From: an uncultured Clostridia bacterium
GTDB taxonomy: Bacteria; Bacillota; Clostridia; Saccharofermentanales; DTU023
Direction of reading: 5' to 3'
DNA length: 64,000 nt
Assembly: GCA_937922005.1 (NCBI GenBank)
Contig: CAKZWV010000054.1
Coordinates: 11,855-75,854, forward strand
Shown here piece by piece: positions 21,981 to 29,632 of this stretch. Within the stretch, counting starts at the first letter, position 1. Every line of letters starts with the position of its first letter. Below the pieces are notes generated by a model that did no database searches, was not told the DNA's origin, and worked only from the letters and a program-made list of their open reading frames with translations. The translations under genes were made by a program, and so were the position numbers.

Positions 21981-22014
21981 ATTTTAAATAGCGAGCAGCA
22001 AGCACCGCTGCTCG
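21981..22014 (-). terminator. Hairpin plus T-rich tail about 250 nt downstream of eno
   Basis: On the minus strand, GCGAGCAGC-ggtgctt-GCTGCTCGC is followed by TATTTAAAA. Confidence 0.5.
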
Positions 22015-22263
22015 CCTTCGCCTAAGACTTGCAGCTTACACGAAAGTTAAATGAAAGAAGGCCAGGCTCGTAACCCTGACATCGTAGGTCTTCCCTTCCA
22101 GGAATCTTCTACGATGGGTGCCAAGCCCGGCCCTCTCCTAGAAAATGAGATCAAACATTATTTTTGAATAAAATGTCGATAAGCTTTCTGCTGTTTCAAC
22201 AGGGCTGCTTCATTCAAGAAGTTGCCTTTTAGGGCAAGGGAGCCCTGTTCAAGATGCTCCCTA

Positions 22264-23577
<1,314 letters not shown>

Positions 23578-23685
23578 TTATTCATCTGATGTGTCAACCG
23601 AGTATATCACTTTCAAGAGAATTTGTCTGTGGCACGCAGATCACAATTGAGCCTATTGCTGGAAAATTTGCAAATAATCCAACCC

Positions 23686-23714
23686 TTGCCTTTCTTTCTC
23701 CCTAGTGCTAGAAT
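23686..23714 (+). promoter_or_regulatory. Sigma-A-like promoter upstream of the Fur-family gene
   Basis: TTGCCT, a 17-nt spacer, then TAGAAT. The downstream leader carries ATTTATTCT twice and a TAGAATA/TATTCTA inverted repeat. Confidence 0.45.
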
Positions 23715-23808
23715 AGATTTGTTTAGATTTATTCTATAACTTAATACCTTACACAAAACCTGATATTTTTTATCAATTTATTCTCACACCTGTAAAGGAG
23801 GAGAGCTT

Positions 23809-24330
23809 TTGAACTCTTTAGACATCGCAAAAAGATGGTTGGCTGATCACAATATTAAGATTACGAATCAGCGAGTCCTCATCGTGGATTATCTTTTGCG
23901 GCATCCAGGGCATTCAACTGCCAATCAGATTTATATAGGGATGCAGCAGGAAGGATCCCAGATGGCACCTGCCACCGTTTATAATAATTTACACTTACTT
24001 GTCGAAGCCGGCGGTCTCCAAGAACTCAATATGTGCGGGAGTGAGAAGGTCTATGACCTGACATTGCACCGGCATGCTCATTTTGTTTGCCTTGGTTGTT
24101 CTTGTATTTCCGATGTGGAACTTGGCGAAGCCATGATTCCCATTTTGGAAAAAATGAAGGAACAAGGCATGCATTGCACCGACTTTGACTTGGTTTTCAG
24201 CGGCTACTGTGATGAGTGCCTGGAGCGCAAGTTGCAAGAGGAAAGGGAAGCCCTCGAGATGCGGAGTGGTTACGCTCGTGATCTCAACCGGGCTAGAGTG
24301 GGTTCCACCTTGCCTTCCTTTATCAACTAA
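23809..24330 (+). CDS. Fur-family metalloregulator (Fur/PerR/Zur type)
   Basis: TTG start with AAAGGAGG upstream. Winged-helix N-terminus, HRHAHFVCLGCSC and CDEC (two CxxC pairs). Carries a ~35-aa C-terminal extension. Confidence 0.8.
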   Translation: MNSLDIAKRWLADHNIKITNQRVLIVDYLLRHPGHSTANQIYIGMQQEGSQMAPATVYNNLHLLVEAGGLQELNMCGSEKVYDLTLHRHAHFVCLGCSCISDVELGEAMIPILEKMKEQGMHCTDFDLVFSGYCDECLERKLQEEREALEMRSGYARDLNRARVGSTLPSFIN

Positions 24331-24386
24331 TCGAAACAAGAAAAGTATAAAGACCCGGCACAAAGCCCGAAAGGAAGAGGTGTGTA

Positions 24387-24782
24387 ATGGAGATCAATAA
24401 GACGGTAGAGGATTATTTGGAGGCAATGCTCATGATCAAGGAGCGCAAGGGTCAAGTCCGGTCTATTGATGTGGCCGACCTCCTCGGAGTCACGAAGCCC
24501 AGTGTGAGCTATATGACAAAACGCCTCCGGGAAGGTGATTATATCACCATGGATGAGAACGGATTAATCAACCTCACCCCTGCTGGGGCTTCCATTGCTT
24601 CCCGGATCTATAATCGCCATAAGACCCTGACCCGGGTCTTTGTTGAGCTGGGTGTCGACGAAGAGACAGCCGCAAAGGATGCTTGCCTGGTCGAGCACGA
24701 CCTCAGCCATGAGACTTACCAGGCCCTCTGCGACTTTCTTTTGGAAAAACTTGATCCGAAGGAGCCAGCGACGGAAGAGTAA
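24387..24782 (+). CDS. DtxR/MntR-family metal-dependent transcriptional regulator
   Basis: EDYLEAMLMIKERKGQVRSIDVADLLGVTKPSVSYMTKRL is a typical DtxR N-terminal HTH. The 131-aa length resembles MntR, with no SH3-like domain. Confidence 0.8.
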   Translation: MEINKTVEDYLEAMLMIKERKGQVRSIDVADLLGVTKPSVSYMTKRLREGDYITMDENGLINLTPAGASIASRIYNRHKTLTRVFVELGVDEETAAKDACLVEHDLSHETYQALCDFLLEKLDPKEPATEE

Positions 24783-24876
24783 CGTCAGTGGCTTGAGACA
24801 ATATGGATTGAGAAAATACAAAAGGCCTGCCTCCTGAGGGTATTCAATAATGTTTCTTCATTCCATTTAGGCCTTG

Positions 24877-24912
24877 AAAAAGGGGAGCATCATGCTCCCC
24901 TTTTATTTTTAT
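24877..24912. terminator. Bidirectional intrinsic terminator between the convergent mntR-like and copA genes
   Basis: AAAAGGGGAGCA-tca-TGCTCCCCTTTTATTTTT. Confidence 0.8.
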
Positions 24913-24923
24913 CATTTTTTTTA

Positions 24924-27890
24924 TCAAATATTTCTTATTTCTACTACTTTGTATCCGATGTCTTCTATGGTCTTTTGGATGGTCCCGTCGCTGAGGTCGA
25001 TTTCTGCGTTGTGACTTTTAAGGGTGGCCATTTTTTCTGGAAGGCTGACCGTCACGTGGACATCGCCAAGGCCTTCTAAGGCCTCTTGAACACGAGCTTT
25101 ACAGTGGTCACACATCATTCCTTCAATAATTACCTGTTTTTTCATATTTGTTCCTCCTTTAGAGATATCATAAACAATATCTTGCGAAACTCGATTTTTA
25201 CTTGGGTTATAAAGGCCGTTTTTTGAGGCCTTTTTCTGATTTTTCTGATTTTGGTTGTTGGGATTATTTGTAGCCGGAAGAAGGGAAAGCATATTCCTTA
25301 CCTGAGGCTGGGGGACTTGGGCCCGCTGGGGCTCGTAAGAAAAAGGATGGTTGACTTGGAAGCGATTGAGGCTGAGAGCGTTACTTACGACGAAGACGGA
25401 ACTCAGGCTCATGCAGGCTGCGGCAATCATCGGATTCAAACTGATCCCCCACTTAGGATAGAGGATTCCGCCGGCAATGGGAATACATAGGACATTATAA
25501 AAGAAGGCCCAGAAATAATTTTCTTTAATTTTACGGAGGGAACGTTTGGCGAGGTCGATGGCACTTCCCACATCCTGTAAATCGGAATGGACGAGGATGA
25601 TATCTGCGGCATCCCTTGCCATATCGGTTCCCGCCCCCAGGGCAATTCCCACATCTGCCCGCATGAGGGCGGGGGCATCGTTAATCCCGTCGCCGACCAT
25701 GGCAACTCTTTTCTTTTGGCCAGGGACTTTATCAGCCTGCTTCTGCGTTTTATTTATTTTTCCATTGCCTATTCCTCCTTCGCTTTGGACTTTTTGGACG
25801 GCAGCATCTTTTTCTTGAGGAAGGACCTGAGCAATGATCTCTTGAATCCCGAGCTCCTGGGCAATGGCTTGGGCAGTTTCTTTTTTATCCCCGGTGAGCA
25901 TGATGGTTTCAAGTCCTTGCCTGTGTAAAGCTTGGATAGCCGCCGGACTGGTGTTCTTAACAAGGTCAGCCGCCGCAAGAATCCCAAGGATCTGGCTAGG
26001 AGAGGCATCATCCGAAGGATCGGCTGAATTTTCTCCTATGGATGCAAGAAACATCAAGGTCTTCCCCTCCTGGGCAAGGTCATTCATGACGGGGTGGAAG
26101 GAATCTAAAGAAATTCCTTCTTCTACCATCAAGGCGTCATTGCCAAGGAGAAGGTGTTTTCCTTCAACCCTACCCCGAAGGCCCCGCCCAGGGATGGCGG
26201 CAAAATTCTCGATTGGAGGTAAGGATGGGGCCTGGGCAGGGGCGGCTTTATGAGTATCTTCATGATCGCTTTCAAGAGCAACTTTATGAGCTGCAAGGAC
26301 GGCTTTGGCCAGGGGCTGTTCTGACCTACTTTCTAAAGCGGCGGCCAGGGTAAGGACTTCTTCAGAGTCGACCCCCTCGGTACAAAGGATGATGTCCGTG
26401 ATATAGGGGGTCCCTTCTGTGAGGGTCCCTGTTTTGTCTAGGATGATCGTATCCACCTCAGCTAGGGTCTGTAGGGCTCCGGCTGTCCGAATGAGGAGGC
26501 CGTGTTTAGCCCCTTGCCCGGTTGCAACCATGATAACCACGGGAGTAGCAAGGCCCAAGGCACAGGGGCAGGAAATGACAAGAATGCTAATAGCCTGTCG
26601 AAGGGCAAATTCAAATGAACTGCCTGTGAGCGTCCAGATAACAAAAGTAAAAATCGCAATTCCTATGACTATAGGAACAAATACTCCTGCAATCTTATCC
26701 GCCAACGACTGAATGGGGGCTTTAGAGGAGGCGGCTTCTTCGACGAGTTGGATGATTTGTGACAGGGTGGTGTCTTCGCCAACGGCCTCTACTCGGAAGG
26801 TAAAGGAGCCGTTTTGGTTGATACTGGCTCCGATCACCTTGTCGCCTGGACCTTTACTGACGGGGAGGGACTCACCGGTAATGGCGGCCTCGTTGACTGC
26901 GCTCAGGCCTTCGGTGACGGTCCCGTCAAGGGGAATGGTTTCACCGGGCTTAATGAGGACAAGGTCACCGACCTTGACATCTTCAATAGGGACCTCTATC
27001 GGAATGCCATTTTGAAGGACCTTTGTAGTCTGTGGTTGAAGGCGGATTAGACCTTCGAGGGCGGACCGGGTTTTCATTTTGGCTTTAACTTCCCAGTACT
27101 TACCGAGGGTGATCAGGGTGAGAATCATCCCAGCCCCCTCAAAATAGAGTTGGTGGCGGTAAAGATGAACTAGGTCATGATCTTGAAAGCCGAGCCCATA
27201 GTTGATGCGCATCAGGGCAAAAATCCCGTAGAGGTAGGATGAAATTGCTCCAACTGCGACCAAACTATCCATCGTTGGATGGAGGCGGATCAGACTCTTT
27301 CCTCCACGTATAAAAAAGCTTCGGTTGATCCATAGAATGGGAGTACATAAAAGTAGCTGAACAAGAGCATAGTTGCTGGCCCCGCCTGTCCCTTGTAAAA
27401 AAGCAGGAAGGGGAAGACCCAGCATGGGGCCCATGGATACGACCATCAAAAGCCCCAAAAGGGGAAGGGAATAGAGAAGGCGCTGCCTCAATTCTTCTGC
27501 CTCTTCTACAAATAGTTGACTGGCCTCGGATGCCTTTCTAGTGCTACTTGACTTAGGGATTGACTTATGGATTGGCTTAGATGTGGCATCTGAGTTAGCT
27601 TTCTGGCTGGCCTCTTTCATCTCGTCTTGAATTTCGGCTTCATAACCGGCCTTCTCCACAGTTCGGACGATGTCCTTCAAGATCTGTTCTTTTCCTTCTG
27701 GACTTTTTTCGACCCTTGGATCCAAGTTTACTCTCATGGATTTCCCCATAAGACTAACTGTGACATCTTCTACCCCGTCTACCTTGCTGACCGCCTTTTG
27801 AACAGCTGCCTCGCAAGCTGCACAGGTCATTCCCTTTACCCAGAAGTTTGCAACTTGATTCTTCTGGATTGAATTCTTTATCTGTGTCAT
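24924..27890 (-). CDS. copA: Copper-translocating P1B-type ATPase with an in-frame C-terminal CopZ-like HMA domain
   Basis: N-terminal HMA GMTCAACEAAV, CPC motif SCPCALGLATP, DKTGTLT and GDGINDAP. The last 73 aa (MKKQVIIEGMMCDHCKARV...) form a second HMA domain. Confidence 0.93.
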   Translation of the reverse strand: MTQIKNSIQKNQVANFWVKGMTCAACEAAVQKAVSKVDGVEDVTVSLMGKSMRVNLDPRVEKSPEGKEQILKDIVRTVEKAGYEAEIQDEMKEASQKANSDATSKPIHKSIPKSSSTRKASEASQLFVEEAEELRQRLLYSLPLLGLLMVVSMGPMLGLPLPAFLQGTGGASNYALVQLLLCTPILWINRSFFIRGGKSLIRLHPTMDSLVAVGAISSYLYGIFALMRINYGLGFQDHDLVHLYRHQLYFEGAGMILTLITLGKYWEVKAKMKTRSALEGLIRLQPQTTKVLQNGIPIEVPIEDVKVGDLVLIKPGETIPLDGTVTEGLSAVNEAAITGESLPVSKGPGDKVIGASINQNGSFTFRVEAVGEDTTLSQIIQLVEEAASSKAPIQSLADKIAGVFVPIVIGIAIFTFVIWTLTGSSFEFALRQAISILVISCPCALGLATPVVIMVATGQGAKHGLLIRTAGALQTLAEVDTIILDKTGTLTEGTPYITDIILCTEGVDSEEVLTLAAALESRSEQPLAKAVLAAHKVALESDHEDTHKAAPAQAPSLPPIENFAAIPGRGLRGRVEGKHLLLGNDALMVEEGISLDSFHPVMNDLAQEGKTLMFLASIGENSADPSDDASPSQILGILAAADLVKNTSPAAIQALHRQGLETIMLTGDKKETAQAIAQELGIQEIIAQVLPQEKDAAVQKVQSEGGIGNGKINKTQKQADKVPGQKKRVAMVGDGINDAPALMRADVGIALGAGTDMARDAADIILVHSDLQDVGSAIDLAKRSLRKIKENYFWAFFYNVLCIPIAGGILYPKWGISLNPMIAAACMSLSSVFVVSNALSLNRFQVNHPFSYEPQRAQVPQPQVRNMLSLLPATNNPNNQNQKNQKKASKNGLYNPSKNRVSQDIVYDISKGGTNMKKQVIIEGMMCDHCKARVQEALEGLGDVHVTVSLPEKMATLKSHNAEIDLSDGTIQKTIEDIGYKVVEIRNI

Positions 27891-27981
27891 GTTGTCCTTC
27901 CTTAATAGCTATGGCTCTTCTGCGACGACTCTATCATGGATCGGCCTAAGCAGAATTTACCTATCCCCAGTATAACAAAAT

Positions 27982-28013
27982 CCTCCCCTTTTACCATTTG
28001 GTAAAAGGGGAGG
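27982..28013. promoter_or_regulatory. Perfect 14-bp inverted repeat upstream of copA (operator or bidirectional hairpin)
   Basis: CCTCCCCTTTTACC-attt-GGTAAAAGGGGAGG, located 92-123 nt upstream of the copA ATG. Confidence 0.4.
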
Positions 28014-28505
28014 TATTATTGTTCATAAAAGTGTTAAACAGGAGATGATTCAAGTATAGTTAGATAACTCTAACTTGTCAAGTACTTTTAGAAAAATTTT
28101 TAAATTTTCTAAAGATCCGATGATACGGGGCTCTTTATGTCTTTTCTTTGATCTTAAATCTGGCCTAAGGGAAGCTTCTGAATAGCAGGCAAGAACTTAT
28201 CTTGACTTTCTTTAGAAAATAGGCAAGGGGGACAGAAACAAGGAGGGCAAGGGTGCTCTGATCTTTTGAGACTAAAGAAAATGATTTGGCATAACTGTAC
28301 CTACAAAAGCTGAGTGTATGGTCTTAGTGTAGGACGGATGGATGCGGTTAATCGAGCCATGACCCGTCTGGATTCGAACATTAATCTGAGTCTATTAGCA
28401 AAGAACAGTTGAATCCTTTCATTCTGCTGACTATTGTTATTTATATGTAATAATAGCAAGCTTATTGAGATTATTCTTCTACATGGAACAAATCTTATAC
28501 CATGA

Positions 28506-28531
28506 GAGAATGTTCCACGTGGAACATTCTC
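28506..28531. other. parS: parS site 1 (26-bp perfect palindrome; core TGTTCCACGTGGAACA at 28511-28526)
   Basis: GAGAATGTTCCACGTGGAACATTCTC. One mismatch to the B. subtilis parS TGTTCCACGTGAAACA. Confidence 0.8.
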
Positions 28532-28586
28532 GAAAAGTTAAACTCCTAAAAGTTGTACGAGACGAAAATGTTTGAGTAATTTATAA

Positions 28587-28606
28587 ATTGTTCCACGTGG
28601 AACAAT
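28587..28606. other. parS: parS site 2 (20-bp perfect palindrome; core 28589-28604)
   Basis: ATTGTTCCACGTGGAACAAT. Confidence 0.8.
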
Positions 28607-28664
28607 CTCTTAATGTTAAATTTCTTAAAAGGGTTTGAGCCGGAAAATGCTTAGGCAGTTTATT

Positions 28665-28686
28665 AATTGTTCCACGTGGAACAATT
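28665..28686. other. parS: parS site 3 (22-bp perfect palindrome; core 28668-28683)
   Basis: AATTGTTCCACGTGGAACAATT. Confidence 0.8.
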
Positions 28687-28800
28687 CTGGCTTGATGGAA
28701 CTTAGGGATTAACATAGAAAAGTAGGACCTTATAACATCAAAAAGATCTGCTAAAAAGTTCCTTTTCAAATATGTTACAATAGCGTAGCAAGTAAAACAA

Positions 28801-28950
28801 AATGAAAACATTTGAACGGAGGAAGTCCGACGTTGAGATACAATGAAATATGTTAAAACACGGTGAGACGGGGTGAAGCACGCTGAAACGGGATAAAGTA
28901 CGTTGAAAACGATGAAGCACGTTGAGGCACAATGAAGTTCATTGAACATG
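28801..28950. repeat. Helically phased 10-bp repeat array, 12 consecutive units (T[G/A]A[A/G][A/G]nn plus 3 nt) and 2 more upstream
   Basis: cgtTGAGATA caaTGAAATA tgtTAAAACA cggTGAGACG gggTGAAGCA cgcTGAAACG ggaTAAAGTA cgtTGAAAAC gaTGAAGCAC gtTGAGGCAC aaTGAAGTTC atTGAACATG. A 10-bp period is not a multiple of 3, so this is not a coding repeat. Confidence 0.75.
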
Positions 28951-29064
28951 CCCAACCTCGCCCAAGATCCAATATTGTAGATCATGATCCATGATCGTAG
29001 CCTCGATCCAACATCGCAGACAAAGAATTAATATCATACAGAGATAGAAAGGTAAAGAATAACT

Positions 29065-29628
29065 ATGAAAGACTTACACCCCTTCCAAGTGAGACGCCAA
29101 GATGTGGCACTCTTCATCATTGATATCCAAGAAAAACTCCTCCCGATCATGCCAAATCCGGAGGAAATAAAAAAACAAAATGAAATTCTCCTCAAGATTG
29201 CAAAAGCCTATGAACTGCCAACCTTATACACCGAACAATATCCCAAGGGACTTGGAGCGACGGTAGAACCACTAGGAAGCCTCTTAAAAGAAACAGCAGC
29301 CATCTACGCAAGTAAGACCGCCTATAATGGCCTCACTCCCGAAATCTTAAAAGCTCTTAAGAAGACAGGTCGGAACCAGATAATTATAGGGGGCATTGAA
29401 ACCCATATTTGTGTCTATCAGACCACAAGAAGTCTACTGGCGGAAGGCTATGAGGTGATTATCAATCAGGATGCAGTAGGCTCGAGATTCACAGGGAACA
29501 AGGCCAATGCTCTAGATCTTTTCACTCAAATGGGTGCAACCGTCATGAATACGGAAACCATTATGTTTGACCTGATGGGCGATGCCAAGGATCCGCACTT
29601 CAAGGAACTCCAGGCTTTAATCAAGTAG
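29065..29628 (+). CDS. Isochorismatase-family cysteine hydrolase
   Basis: ALFIIDIQEKL...QIIIGGIETHICVYQT is a typical isochorismatase-fold motif set. Confidence 0.8.
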   Translation: MKDLHPFQVRRQDVALFIIDIQEKLLPIMPNPEEIKKQNEILLKIAKAYELPTLYTEQYPKGLGATVEPLGSLLKETAAIYASKTAYNGLTPEILKALKKTGRNQIIIGGIETHICVYQTTRSLLAEGYEVIINQDAVGSRFTGNKANALDLFTQMGATVMNTETIMFDLMGDAKDPHFKELQALIK

Positions 29629-29632
29629 ATTC

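Larger units (their letters stand above)
28506..28745. repeat. Diverged ~78-bp tandem repeat (3 units), each unit starting with a parS palindrome
   Basis: The palindrome centres are spaced 78 and 79 bp apart. The inter-site sequences align with each other (gttaaa..ctaaaag..gag.cg.aaaatg.tt..g..tttat.a). Confidence 0.7.

Noticed and set aside
25046-25064. Possible additional parS (GACCGTCACGTGGACATC) inside copA.
   Set aside because: It shares only the CACGTGGA core. The half-sites are shifted by a deletion and do not match TGTTCCAC.
28340-28400. tRNA-like fragment (..cccgtctGGATTCGAACattaat..).
   Set aside because: Only the T-loop-like heptamer is present. I could not build flanking T-stem, acceptor or anticodon arms on either strand.
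28506-28686. CRISPR-like array: a ~22-bp repeat with ~56-bp 'spacers'.
   Set aside because: There are only three repeats. The spacers are homologous to each other (a diverged 78-bp tandem repeat). The repeat is a perfect palindrome matching parS, and the window contains no cas genes.
28581-28985. Minus-strand ORFs of 134 aa and 64 aa (28738-28932) in the gene-free hub.
   Set aside because: They run through the parS palindromes and the 10-bp periodic array, and that period is incompatible with coding. They have no RBS, and the predicted peptides are Cys/Phe/His-rich with no family resemblance.
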